A stretch of DNA of 63,771 bases, filler included, from Lama guanicoe (taxonomy: Eukaryota): NCBI GenBank assembly GCA_013239625.1. It is 161 parts of 161 records of this genome, joined end to end, with 100 filler letters (N's around TTAATTAATTAA, not from the genome) between each part and the next. Parts side by side here need not be neighbours in the genome. Positions count along the whole stretch, not along the records: positions 24,160 to 24,456 come from PNXV01054113.1; positions 24,557 to 24,853 come from PNXV01054114.1; positions 24,954 to 25,250 come from PNXV01054115.1; positions 25,351 to 25,646 come from PNXV01054116.1; positions 25,747 to 26,043 come from PNXV01054117.1; positions 26,144 to 26,440 come from PNXV01054118.1; positions 26,541 to 26,837 come from PNXV01054119.1; positions 26,938 to 27,234 come from PNXV01054120.1; 153 more parts are not named here. One strand, given 5' to 3'. Numbering within the stretch: the first letter of the stretch is position 1; each line of letters starts with the position of its first letter. The notes beneath the pieces are model-generated. The model saw only the letters and a program-made list of their open reading frames with translations, had not been told where the DNA came from and ran no database searches. Both the position numbers and the translations under genes were made by a program. This document shows, one piece after another, positions 24,060-36,976 of this stretch.

Positions 24060-25361
24060 NNNNNNNNNNNNNNNNNNNNNNNNNNNNNNNNNNNNNNNNN
24101 NNNTTAATTAATTAANNNNNNNNNNNNNNNNNNNNNNNNNNNNNNNNNNNNNNNNNNNNTGAATATACACAGAGCCTTGCACAGAGTAGGTGCTTCAAAA
24201 ATGTTTCTTGAATGAATAAGTTAGGTCTTCAATTTTTGTAGCAGCTCCCTTTTTCCTTAAGTCTCTTGAATTAGTGTGGTGGAAATTTTTCCCTCTAGAA
24301 GAGTCTTGTAATAATATATATTCATCTGTCTCTCTTGGGAATGTTGTGTATTTGCTACAATTCAGCAAAACAGGGAAACACTCAGGCAGTTGAAACAACA
24401 GAGGGTAACTGAGGCTGGCAGAGTGTAGTTACCTCAGGTCTGGAGCTCCCTTCTTTNNNNNNNNNNNNNNNNNNNNNNNNNNNNNNNNNNNNNNNNNNNN
24501 TTAATTAATTAANNNNNNNNNNNNNNNNNNNNNNNNNNNNNNNNNNNNNNNNNNNNGGAGAGCCTTGCTCCCATCTATCCTATGGCCTGGCCTGGGGGCA
24601 GCCTTGCTGCCCCGGCTTCCTGGAAAGCGCTTCTCCCTGTCAGTCTGCTCCTGACAGGCAGGCAGGGTGCAATCGACGGGGTGCGATCCGCGGGCCGGGC
24701 CACGGCTGCGGTGGCGAGTGGGCAGGCCTGGGGCTGCCCCTGCTAGAGCAGGGATTTCCTCCCATTTCCCGTTGTCGCTGCCCCTATCCAGCACACTCAC
24801 TGCGCCGCTGCCCGCCTCTCAGGAGCAGGCTGACTGAGGACAAGCCTCCAGCGNNNNNNNNNNNNNNNNNNNNNNNNNNNNNNNNNNNNNNNNNNNNTTA
24901 ATTAATTAANNNNNNNNNNNNNNNNNNNNNNNNNNNNNNNNNNNNNNNNNNNNGGTGATGTGGGTACCCAAAGTTACAGTCAACTGTCCAGGGAGGGTGA
25001 AGTCTTGTCATTAAGATACTCTTCCTTAGAGTCTCTAATACGAGTGCTCATTGATTGAGTCCAGGAATGATTGCCTTGTTTTTTTAAAAATAACAATTAA
25101 AACTGTGTTATGTTTATGTAGTGCTACATCACTATGCATTTAAGTATGATTCCTTAAAGCAATACGAATCCCAACAATTCATGTGTAGTATTTATCATAC
25201 GTCAAAATTTTGCCAGTTATCTTGATTTCCTTCTGAAATTCCTCTCTCTCNNNNNNNNNNNNNNNNNNNNNNNNNNNNNNNNNNNNNNNNNNNNTTAATT
25301 AATTAANNNNNNNNNNNNNNNNNNNNNNNNNNNNNNNNNNNNNNNNNNNNACTACACTTGC

Positions 25362-25586
25362 TTGTTTTTTTAAGAGCTTTCTACTCTCTCTCTCTCTCTC
25401 TTTCTTTTTTTCTTTTTTTCTTTTTGGTAAGAAGGAACTCTTTTTTTTTTCCCCAGTTTTTTTTTTGGGGGGGGGTAGGTAATTAGGTTCATTTACTTAT
25501 TTACTTTTAGAGGAGGTACTGGGGATTGAACCCAGGATCTGGTGCATGCTAAGCGTGCGCTCTACCACTTGAGCTATACCCTCCCC
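25362..25586 (-). mobile_element. Vic-1-type camelid SINE with long tail
   Basis: The minus strand reads ggggagggtatagctcaagtggtagagcgcacgcttagcatgcac...gggttcaatccccagtacctcc...aacctaattacc. ctacacttgc is repeated at 25352 and 25587. Confidence 0.9.
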
Positions 25587-26546
25587 CTACACTTGCCTTT
25601 ATATCTCATTTTATTTGTGGGCTTCTTTAAGACCTTTAAATAAAATNNNNNNNNNNNNNNNNNNNNNNNNNNNNNNNNNNNNNNNNNNNNTTAATTAATT
25701 AANNNNNNNNNNNNNNNNNNNNNNNNNNNNNNNNNNNNNNNNNNNNACTAATTCAACACTGTTGCTAAATCAGTCACTATCGTTCTCAGTCATCTCTGAC
25801 CACACACTCTCCTTCAGCCCTTCTATCGCCGTAGTTTCTGCTAATTTGCATCTCCACAGTAATTCCTGTATGTTTTCTAATTATTAAAATCATCATTGCC
25901 CTCCTTTACTGTTTGGTTACCACAGGCCAGATCCTATGGGAAAGACGGGACAAGGGCTTCCTTCTTTACCATTATTTATCCCCTTCGCTGCCTCTTTCCT
26001 GGTTTATTCTAGGAGAATTCTAATGGACCTCCCTGCTACCATTNNNNNNNNNNNNNNNNNNNNNNNNNNNNNNNNNNNNNNNNNNNNTTAATTAATTAAN
26101 NNNNNNNNNNNNNNNNNNNNNNNNNNNNNNNNNNNNNNNNNNNAGGGAGAAATTCAAGACAGGACTACTTTGTGGGGTTTCTGAAGCACTGAGGGAACAT
26201 CATTGCTACTGAAGTTCTGTTTATTAAGCCATTAGTAGGCTCGCTGTTTTGTGATTGTCCTGTACAAGTGAAACATACTTTGCATGTGGATATGCAACTG
26301 CATTCTTTATCAATTATTGCAGATCATATAGTACCTCACTACACTGCCACTTGGTTTTTTAATAATGTATCTTAGTTATCACATAAATCTGCTTCATTTC
26401 ATTGTTCTGGGAGTCAATTCAATTTACAGACCTGTCTAACNNNNNNNNNNNNNNNNNNNNNNNNNNNNNNNNNNNNNNNNNNNNTTAATTAATTAANNNN
26501 NNNNNNNNNNNNNNNNNNNNNNNNNNNNNNNNNNNNNNNNATTAAA

Positions 26547-26610
26547 AGATTTTATATATATATATATATATACACGTATATATATACGTGTATATATATA
26601 TATAAAATCT
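26547..26610. repeat. AT-rich palindrome
   Basis: Perfect inverted repeat 26559-26604 centred on cacgtatatatatacgtg, with outer arms agattt/aaatct. Confidence 0.85.
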
Positions 26611-26837
26611 ATTCAAAAGAAGCAAAATACACATTTTTTTCAAGTGCACATGGAATATTCTCCAGGATAGATCACATGCTGCATCACAAAACAAGTCTCA
26701 GTAAGTTTAAAAAGATTGAAATCATATTAAGCAACTTTTCCGACCACAGTGGTATAAGACTAGAAATCAAGTACAAGATAAACACTGCAAAAGGCATAAA
26801 CATGTAGAGGCTAAAAAAATATTCTACTTAGTAACCA
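26611..26837 (+). mobile_element. LINE-1 ORF2 endonuclease-region fragment
   Basis: Encodes YTFFSSAHGIFSRIDHML, the L1 endonuclease motif, followed by SNFSDHSG. Confidence 0.92.
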
Positions 26838-27423
26838 NNNNNNNNNNNNNNNNNNNNNNNNNNNNNNNNNNNNNNNNNNNNTTAATTAATTAANNNNNNN
26901 NNNNNNNNNNNNNNNNNNNNNNNNNNNNNNNNNNNNNGAATTTACTCCTGTGGGATGACTGAAGGCTGCCTGTGAAACTTGAGGAGGAGTGAAGCTGGGC
27001 TGGAAGTTTCAAACTGTTCCTCATCAGAGCATCTAAGTGTCTTTGAGCCAAGACTGTATCAGCTGTAACCACAGGGTGATGAGTGGGCTCACTGAGGACT
27101 TCACACATCTCATCATGTCTGATAGAGACAGCAGCAGCCTGGGGATGGAGGGTACAGGGCTTTGTGACTTGTTTTGATTCCAGGATTGGGCTGGGCACCC
27201 ACGGTCTAGGTGTTCCTAAACAGACACTAGGCAANNNNNNNNNNNNNNNNNNNNNNNNNNNNNNNNNNNNNNNNNNNNTTAATTAATTAANNNNNNNNNN
27301 NNNNNNNNNNNNNNNNNNNNNNNNNNNNNNNNNNGGGCACAGGCGGCCTGGGGCAGAATAACGGGCGAGGCCTGGGCCTTTGGGAGCTCGTTAGCCTGCC
27401 CCCGAGATCCAAAGCTTTTGACG

Positions 27424-27631
27424 AGTGTCTTTTTAGTCTTTTGAGGAATGTCCCTACTGTCTTCCACAGTGGCTGCACCAAACTCCTTTCCCACCAGCAG
27501 TGTAGGATAGGAGGCTTCCTTTTCTCCGCAGCCTCTCCAGCATTTCTCCCTTGTGGACTTTGGAATGAAGGCCTTTCTGACTGGTGTGAGATGATACCTC
27601 ACTGGAGTTTGGACTTGCTTTTCTCTGACAA
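27424..27631 (-). mobile_element. LINE-1 ORF2 3' fragment, GC-shifted
   Basis: MRYHLTPVR...CWRGCGEK is the L1 ORF2p C-terminal motif. Confidence 0.9.
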
Positions 27632-28128
27632 NNNNNNNNNNNNNNNNNNNNNNNNNNNNNNNNNNNNNNNNNNNNTTAATTAATTAANNNNNNNNNNNNN
27701 NNNNNNNNNNNNNNNNNNNNNNNNNNNNNNNCTAAAGGCTAATTTATCATGTTCAAACAGTACTTTATTGTTAAACAAATAAAGAATTAAAAAACAAATG
27801 TAAAAATATACAAAGTAATATAGGAGACTTTGCAAAGATTTTAAAACTGAGGCAGTTCCCTTTTTCTGAAAGACATTTGTTGGGGAGAAACAACCTCTGT
27901 ATTATACATTACCTGTATTCACAAATCAAAATATTGAAAGTTAGCCAAAAGTCTTATCATAATTAAAAACTTCTATAAAACATGTTGCACAATCATAAAA
28001 TCACTGGAATTTAATGTTTTATTAAGAGNNNNNNNNNNNNNNNNNNNNNNNNNNNNNNNNNNNNNNNNNNNNTTAATTAATTAANNNNNNNNNNNNNNNN
28101 NNNNNNNNNNNNNNNNNNNNNNNNNNNN

Positions 28129-28425
28129 TTGAAACTGAGCAGAACCCTGTGGGGTTTCCTGGATCCCAAAACCTTCTGTGCCCCCTATTTCTTGTTCGTA
28201 GGAAGCATTCATTGTCCTAAACTTTCCCCGGATTCCAAAGGGCAGATTCAAGGAGTTGCTAATCAGGGAAGTGGAGAACCCCAGCAAACATGGGAGGGGC
28301 AGTCAAGAAACAAGTGTGCAGCCTTAGGGCAGGGGCGTGCCCCTCCTCAAGGAATATGCACAGCAATTATCTCTAAGTCCTTGTGTAGGGATTCTGTCCC
28401 TGTGCAAGTCAAGTGGAGGATGGCA
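28129..28425 (+). mobile_element. ERV1-type LTR 5' part
   Basis: Begins TGAAACTGAGCAGAACCCTGTGGGG; homologous to 11880-12175 (minus). Confidence 0.65.
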
Positions 28426-29789
28426 NNNNNNNNNNNNNNNNNNNNNNNNNNNNNNNNNNNNNNNNNNNNTTAATTAATTAANNNNNNNNNNNNNNNNNNN
28501 NNNNNNNNNNNNNNNNNNNNNNNNNGGTAAACAGCCCTGCCAAATTCATATCTTGTCCCACATGGCAAACTTTACAGATCCAGAAATCCGAGGAAAATAC
28601 TCATTACTATATGAAGTAGTCCATGTTGGTGCATAAACCAGACGTTTATTGGAAATGTGTTTTAATTGTCCAGACATTTACAGGGTACCTGTTTTAATTT
28701 TGCCCATCAAGTTTTATATTTCAAAGCATAATCCTCACCATTTTGGAACAGATTCTGATACAGTCTGAAAAGGAAAGATGTTAGTATAATACCGATATGA
28801 GAGCTTGTGAATGATTAAGAAGNNNNNNNNNNNNNNNNNNNNNNNNNNNNNNNNNNNNNNNNNNNNTTAATTAATTAANNNNNNNNNNNNNNNNNNNNNN
28901 NNNNNNNNNNNNNNNNNNNNNNGGGACTTTCTCTGTTTAATACTTTCATTATTCTTACTTGAAAAAAGTTGAGGTGTAAAATGCAGATATTCAAACCTAG
29001 AAATGTACTGAATAAATTCCTATCTTTAATAAAAAGTGTATCAAATATAATCTTACCCAGTATTCACTGTGGCCCCAGGCCTAATCCCTGGGATATTTCT
29101 TCCTTTTGCTTCTTTCTTTATATATTTATAAGCGTGTTCTTCTGAATTTCACTTTTGAAGCTAAGGGGTTATGGAATATTGAAGTTACAGAGTATTTAAG
29201 ACTGAGAATAAAATAATTANNNNNNNNNNNNNNNNNNNNNNNNNNNNNNNNNNNNNNNNNNNNTTAATTAATTAANNNNNNNNNNNNNNNNNNNNNNNNN
29301 NNNNNNNNNNNNNNNNNNNTGTTGTGTCATTCAGTTCTTAGTTCAAAGGCTACATTCTCAAAGATGACGGCCCGCCTACCCGATCTAAAAAAATACTACC
29401 TCACACTCTCCAACCACTTAATACACTTCATTTTGTTGTATCACACATTGTTGTCATCTTTTTGTTTCTGAGCAAGGTCTCTCTTTGTTTACCCCGAGAC
29501 TGTCACCTGACACACAGGGAATGCTCAACAAATTCCTGGTGAATAAGTGAATAAATGGGGGACTTTTAACTGATGAATAGCCCATTGATAGAATTTGCTT
29601 AAGTCCCTGTTGTGTANNNNNNNNNNNNNNNNNNNNNNNNNNNNNNNNNNNNNNNNNNNNTTAATTAATTAANNNNNNNNNNNNNNNNNNNNNNNNNNNN
29701 NNNNNNNNNNNNNNNNCAGAGTCTCCATCTATGTAAACAAAGATGCTCTTGCGTCAGCAGTGGGAGTAGCTCATCACAAAGGCCAAGAG

Positions 29790-30013
29790 TACCCTCCTGC
29801 GAATGTTCAGTAACTGATGAGTGGAGAAACAAATCGTGGTCTCTCCATGCAGTGGGCTATTATCCAGCCCCAGAGGGGAATGAAGCACTGACACTGTTGC
29901 AGCATGGATGAACCTTGAAAGCATTATGCTCCATGAATAAGACCAGTCACAGAAAACATGTAGTGTGCATTTGTATGAAATATCCAGAACAGGGACATCT
30001 AGAGAGACTAGGG
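29790..30013 (+). mobile_element. Old LINE-1 (L1MB-like) 3' fragment
   Basis: ggaatgaagcactgacac...catggatgaaccttgaaagcattatgct...tgaaatatccagaacagg. Confidence 0.8.
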
Positions 30014-32495
30014 NNNNNNNNNNNNNNNNNNNNNNNNNNNNNNNNNNNNNNNNNNNNTTAATTAATTAANNNNNNNNNNNNNNNNNNNNNNNNNNNNNNN
30101 NNNNNNNNNNNNNCAACAGACACAGCTACCAACTCACGCTCGGTGTTCAGAGGGCCTGGCATCGGGCCCGCATTGGTCCTTTCAGACTCCGCCCGGCCCC
30201 CTTGAGGTGGGAGTTTGGCCCCATCCCAATTCTCCACCTCATGGCTTGGTGCTCCTGGGGCCTCCTGGGGCCCAGCCTGTGCTGGTCTCTGCTCTGCCTG
30301 GTGCCGCTTTTCCCCTCGCTCTCTGTCACCTCCCCTTCTCCAGCTCAGACTCCAGCTCCTGCCTCTCCCATCGTGATCCTCCCACTTTGGAGAGACCCTC
30401 AGGGACCAGGNNNNNNNNNNNNNNNNNNNNNNNNNNNNNNNNNNNNNNNNNNNNTTAATTAATTAANNNNNNNNNNNNNNNNNNNNNNNNNNNNNNNNNN
30501 NNNNNNNNNNTTTTGATGGCAGGAACTGCCATGTCTCTCTGTGTCCCTGAAGAAGACACTCCCAAATTAGGATGCTGGGGCAGGGAGATGGCTCCTGAGC
30601 TCCTCAGCCCTGGACCTCCCCACTTTGGGGTTTGGGGGTATATGGTTTCAGTAATCCTTGTGGTTACCTTGCCTGTGATTGGATTTTCTGACACTTGCAC
30701 CTGAAGGCCATTGCACAAAGGCAGCCTTGTCTTTTGTGATGAATGACAAAAGGAAATTGGGCATGAACAGATAACTGGTTTTATTTGCACATTTATCTGC
30801 CTCCCCTNNNNNNNNNNNNNNNNNNNNNNNNNNNNNNNNNNNNNNNNNNNNTTAATTAATTAANNNNNNNNNNNNNNNNNNNNNNNNNNNNNNNNNNNNN
30901 NNNNNNNCCACCCATAGGGTTTGGCCCAGTTACATTGGATCCACCAGCCACAACAAGCCACGCGGAACACACCTTTATTCCACCTGGAATTCAACCGGTA
31001 ACTGCCATCCCTAAAGGTAGCTGCATCTTGTCAGAGTTGGGGGAGGGGCTGCATCAGACGAGATTTTCCTAAGGTAAGTGCGTTTCTCTCCACTAGTGCC
31101 CCATGGTTCTTATATTCCATTCCTCTTACCTTATGTGCAGTTCTCTATACACAGCACAAATGGAGGAAGTATGTCCATGTTAACTTTATGGATTCACATG
31201 TCTTNNNNNNNNNNNNNNNNNNNNNNNNNNNNNNNNNNNNNNNNNNNNTTAATTAATTAANNNNNNNNNNNNNNNNNNNNNNNNNNNNNNNNNNNNNNNN
31301 NNNNGACCCTGAGCCACACAACTGTGCCACCAGGACTGGGTGCACACACTGGCCCACGGAGCTGGAAATGAGCCTCACATGCCTGTGACATGGCTCACAA
31401 GGAGCCCAGCCCACCTGCTCACAAGCTCTCCACTCTTGCCCCGCAGGGCAGAGCACAACCTGTGCCATGTCTTTGGTGGGCCAGGGAAAGAGCCCCCAAC
31501 TTGCATAGCACGGTGACTGCCCAGGCACACAGAGGGCCCTGCGCAGCCCAGCTGGTAACAACCCCGCTGGTCTCCAGTGCTGTGCCGCCTGGCAGGACCC
31601 ANNNNNNNNNNNNNNNNNNNNNNNNNNNNNNNNNNNNNNNNNNNNTTAATTAATTAANNNNNNNNNNNNNNNNNNNNNNNNNNNNNNNNNNNNNNNNNNN
31701 NGATGTTAAATTTTATTGTTTGTTTTTTGAGTTGAACACTTAGCTGTTTAGCTTTCTTGCTTACTAACGTATTCAGCTAACATTGTAATTTTGCCTCTAA
31801 GTTCTATTTTCACTGCATCCCCTAAGTTTCACACGTGACACATTGTAAACATTTTTTCCCAGCTTGTGGTACTTTGTGATTTTTATATATTTCTTTTGTA
31901 ACCCATGAATTTTTCAAAAGTATTTTTTAAAAGCCAAATCATATGAATTTTTTTTTAACTATTAATTTTAAATCTTCAGTTTCAGAGAATTGTGGCTANN
32001 NNNNNNNNNNNNNNNNNNNNNNNNNNNNNNNNNNNNNNNNNNTTAATTAATTAANNNNNNNNNNNNNNNNNNNNNNNNNNNNNNNNNNNNNNNNNNNNCC
32101 CCCGCTCCTCCGCATTCTGCCCCTTGTCTCACACCTGCGGAGGCTCAGGGTCTCAGCCATTCTTTGGCATTAATCTTGGTTCTCATCCTCGGTTATAGCT
32201 CACATTGGCCTCTTACTTCCCAGAGACAGACCAGCCCACCCCAACCATATAAATGGGAGCCCCAGGATGGACCCAGGAGACCACTACTTTTGCCAGGATT
32301 TTTCTAGCTCCTGTGAAAATTAGGAAAGAAAATGAAGGGGACCTAGAAACTGATTGTATATGGAGGCAGAATGACTATAAGAACTATGTATATACNNNNN
32401 NNNNNNNNNNNNNNNNNNNNNNNNNNNNNNNNNNNNNNNTTAATTAATTAANNNNNNNNNNNNNNNNNNNNNNNNNNNNNNNNNNNNNNNNNNNN

Positions 32496-32791
32496 ACCAC
32501 CACCACAATCAAGATAGGTAACATTTCCATCACTCCCCAAGAGGTGTGAATTTTGAATTCCCAATTCATCCCTTCCCACCTCCTTTACCCACTGGTAACC
32601 GTAAGTTTGTCCTCTATGTCTTTGAGTCTGTTCCTGTTTAATAGATACGTTCATTTGTGTTCCCCCTTTTTTTTAAGATTCCACATATAAGTACTATCAT
32701 ATTATATTATATTTTTCTTTCTCTTTCTGACTTACTTCACTTATGACAGTCTCCAGGTCTATCCATGTTGCTGCAAATGGCATTATTTTAT
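32496..32791 (-). mobile_element. LINE-1 3' UTR fragment
   Basis: ctggtaaccgtaagtttg...agattccacatataagt...ctgacttacttcactt. Confidence 0.85.
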
Positions 32792-33288
32792 NNNNNNNNN
32801 NNNNNNNNNNNNNNNNNNNNNNNNNNNNNNNNNNNTTAATTAATTAANNNNNNNNNNNNNNNNNNNNNNNNNNNNNNNNNNNNNNNNNNNNGGGAGAGGA
32901 GATCCTACCCGTGCATCTTCCCCAGCTTGCCAGCACCTGCGCCACTCCAGCCCCTGCCCACCCCAGCACAGTGCGATCAGGCTCCGGCTCCTACTGCAGA
33001 AGTGGCTGCGGTGGCGTGACAGCCTGAGCCCAGGCTGGAGCAGCTGGGGAGTCCGGCAGTGGCGGCGGTGGCACTTTCTGTGGCTCCTGAGGCTTCAGAG
33101 GCGGTGGAGGCAGTGGCAGCAGCAGCCGGACCCCTGCAGCAGTTTGCAGCTGGCAGTATCTGGGCCCCCATGAGGAGCGAACTGTTCANNNNNNNNNNNN
33201 NNNNNNNNNNNNNNNNNNNNNNNNNNNNNNNNTTAATTAATTAANNNNNNNNNNNNNNNNNNNNNNNNNNNNNNNNNNNNNNNNNNNN

Positions 33289-33585
33289 TCTCTCTCATCT
33301 CCTTCTGTGACACCTATAATGCAAATTTTACTATGCTTGCTATCATGTAAAGGTCTCAAAGTGTCCACATGTTTTAAAATTATATTTTCTTTTTTCAGTT
33401 CAGCTTGCATGATTTCTACTACTTTGTCTTCCAGTTCACTGATCCGTTTCTCTGCATCATCTAATCTACTGTTGATTCCTTCTAGTGTATTTTTTATTTG
33501 AGTTACTATATTCTTCAGCTCTTTTGGGTTCTCTTTTTATATTTACAAATTCTTGGTTAAACTTCTCACTGTGCTCATCCATTCT
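33289..33585 (-). mobile_element. LINE-1 ORF1 fragment
   Basis: The antisense encodes GINSRLDDAEKRISELEDKVVEI, the L1 ORF1p coiled coil. Confidence 0.85.
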
Positions 33586-33685
33586 NNNNNNNNNNNNNNN
33601 NNNNNNNNNNNNNNNNNNNNNNNNNNNNNTTAATTAATTAANNNNNNNNNNNNNNNNNNNNNNNNNNNNNNNNNNNNNNNNNNNN

Positions 33686-33982
33686 AAAAAAAAAGACAAG
33701 AACAGCCAGAGGTATATGAAAAAGTGATCAACTTCAGTAATTATCAGGGAAATGCAAATCAAAATCAGAATGAAGTATCATCTCACGCCTATTATGGTGG
33801 CTGTTATCAATAAAATAAAAGACAACAAGCATTGGTGAAGATGTGAAGAAATTAAAACATTGTACACTGTTCATAGAAATACAAATTTTACAGCCATTAT
33901 GGAAAACAGTATGGCAGTTTCTCAAAAAATTAAAAACAGAACATCATATAGTGCAGCAGTCCCATTCTAGGTATATACCCAA
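33686..33982 (+). mobile_element. LINE-1 ORF2 3' fragment
   Basis: atcagggaaatgcaaatcaaaa...cagccattatggaaaacagtatggcagtttctcaaaaaattaaaa. Confidence 0.9.
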
Positions 33983-36976
33983 NNNNNNNNNNNNNNNNNN
34001 NNNNNNNNNNNNNNNNNNNNNNNNNNTTAATTAATTAANNNNNNNNNNNNNNNNNNNNNNNNNNNNNNNNNNNNNNNNNNNNGAAGCTGAGTCAAAGAAA
34101 AGTAGGGAGGGCACAACTGGAGTCATGCTTCATGGGTATTCAAAGGAAAAAGCCAGCAGACTTTGATGTGTGTACAAGGCACAGTAGAATGATAGAGCAG
34201 CAGCTATTGGAGGCAGAAAGGAAGAGTGACCTGGGGTCCCTGGGGATTTCAGAAAACTTAGACATACCTGAGCATTCCAGTGAAGGTACTCTGAGGTCTC
34301 TGAGAAGACTGGTACAATGTCAGAAGCCTAGGAACATGACAAAGGGGACATCATTACCAAGGCCTTTAAACTAGATGCANNNNNNNNNNNNNNNNNNNNN
34401 NNNNNNNNNNNNNNNNNNNNNNNTTAATTAATTAANNNNNNNNNNNNNNNNNNNNNNNNNNNNNNNNNNNNNNNNNNNNTCAAATGCTAACTTGGTACAC
34501 AGTGAAGCTATGACCTTTATTATTTAAATCAAAAGTATTATGTGAATTAACTTAGAAAACGTCTTTTTTCTTTATTTCCAAAAAACAAGCTAATTGCTCA
34601 TGAATTGAGGCACTATAAATTATGCAGCTCGATTTTAAAAATACATGGAAGACAAGTTCTACGTTCTGGCACTTTTCTCTGCTGTTTTACAGGAATTAAG
34701 TATAATTAAATTTAAGTAATGTCATATAAACATTTTATTTCGCTTTCATTTTATTTTAAAAACAACAGGGGTTGATNNNNNNNNNNNNNNNNNNNNNNNN
34801 NNNNNNNNNNNNNNNNNNNNTTAATTAATTAANNNNNNNNNNNNNNNNNNNNNNNNNNNNNNNNNNNNNNNNNNNNAGTCAATTATTCATTGACTATAAA
34901 GTATTTATAAATGCTACCTTAATTTAAAGGATTCACCATTAGAATTCAAATATTAATAAAGCTGGTGCCAGCTTAAAGGAGGAATGGAAGGGCCCAGATA
35001 ATGAGGGTGGCTCAGGAAAGGGTGAGTGCTCCTGGGTGTTAAGATTATTGGAGTAGCTAGCGAGGTGGTGGTACCCAGAGCCTGAGTTGTAGGGCAAGCA
35101 GAGGTGCTGGAAGGCCTGGGGGTGACCTGCTGGGCCCCCGCAGGGAGAGGTGATTCTTTCTGGAAGGACAGAGNNNNNNNNNNNNNNNNNNNNNNNNNNN
35201 NNNNNNNNNNNNNNNNNTTAATTAATTAANNNNNNNNNNNNNNNNNNNNNNNNNNNNNNNNNNNNNNNNNNNNTATTTTGAACGAAAAAGCTCTTTAAAC
35301 ACTGGAAACACAAGATACATTGCTCACAAGTCAACGTACACTGTGGACTTCTCTGAGGCAGGCATTTGACTAGTTCACAGACTCGCCTTAACAAGCAACA
35401 AAAATGAGCTGAAAGCCAGTGAGGCAGGGAAGAATGGGAAGAGCGAATCGAGGGAGGAAGTGGCACACTCTTACGATATCATCATCCAAAAACAGAGGCT
35501 GGGGAGCGCACACGGCAGATGTCAAGTACGGTCGCAGCGCGGTGGGACTCCGAACGCATCTCACCCCAGCNNNNNNNNNNNNNNNNNNNNNNNNNNNNNN
35601 NNNNNNNNNNNNNNTTAATTAATTAANNNNNNNNNNNNNNNNNNNNNNNNNNNNNNNNNNNNNNNNNNNNTTTGGAAAAATTTAATTTACCAGCTGGATA
35701 TGTGGGACTGGTATTCCTAGGTTTGGCACTATCCTACACCATTTCTTCACCACTGTTGGGCCTACTCAGTGATAAAATGCCATGTCTAAGGAAATGGCTT
35801 CTGGTTTTTGGAAACTAAATCACAGTAGGATGCTACATGCTCTAAGGACCTGCCCCATTCTTGCACTTTAAGAGGTGATGGCCCTCCAGGGTGTGCAAGG
35901 GAGACACCCAGGCAGGCGGCTTTCAAAAGAACAGATTTTTGTACTGATATCAGCAGTTTCCATTAACNNNNNNNNNNNNNNNNNNNNNNNNNNNNNNNNN
36001 NNNNNNNNNNNTTAATTAATTAANNNNNNNNNNNNNNNNNNNNNNNNNNNNNNNNNNNNNNNNNNNNGCTCAAAACCACAAATGAGGAGGAAGGAGGAGC
36101 CATGATGTCCATCAAAATAAGGTCAGGGGATGCCATGGTCTGAGGTAACTGAGTGAGGCCATGGTCAGTGACCTCTCTCTTCTCTGCTTAGAGATTGAGC
36201 CCCCGATGCACAGAATAGCATAAGTCCTTACAGGGAGGAAATTCTGAGCTCTGCCTGGAGGAAAGACACAAGCACATAAGTAAACTGGGAGCAAGTGAAG
36301 CAGAGATCAGAGGATCCAGGGGATGGGCTGCCTGGGCTGAGCCTCTCCCATGATACTCAGGAGCNNNNNNNNNNNNNNNNNNNNNNNNNNNNNNNNNNNN
36401 NNNNNNNNTTAATTAATTAANNNNNNNNNNNNNNNNNNNNNNNNNNNNNNNNNNNNNNNNNNNNACCAAAATAATAAAGTTGTCTTAGAAATAAGACTAT
36501 AGAACAAATGAGGCAAATAGAAAAGTTTCAGAACTTCTCATTTCATATAATATATATAGCCCAGTGAAAATAGAAGACAATTTTGCAGAAAAGTTATGCT
36601 TAGAATTTAAGGAAGTGAAGGATTTTCTGAAAAGAAAGCACCTTTTTATTGCACTGGTGTCCTTCATGAAAAAGAATGAAGAAAGGGTGATGATGTGAGC
36701 GTCTTAGCTAAGTAAGAAAGTACCTACCGCGTGCTTTATGGTGGTCAAATGAAAGAGTTCTNNNNNNNNNNNNNNNNNNNNNNNNNNNNNNNNNNNNNNN
36801 NNNNNTTAATTAATTAANNNNNNNNNNNNNNNNNNNNNNNNNNNNNNNNNNNNNNNNNNNNTGCGCCCCCCGCGCGCCCCCGGCCGGGCCCCTGCGCCCC
36901 CCGCGCGCCCCGCGCTGCGGCGGGAAGAGCCCGCGCCGTCCGCTGCCCTGCGTCCCGCGCTCCTGGCCCCGCTCAC

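Noticed and set aside
32892..33188. Ala-rich ORFs on both strands
   Set aside because: GC-rich low-complexity sequence, possibly an L1 5' UTR; no recognisable protein.
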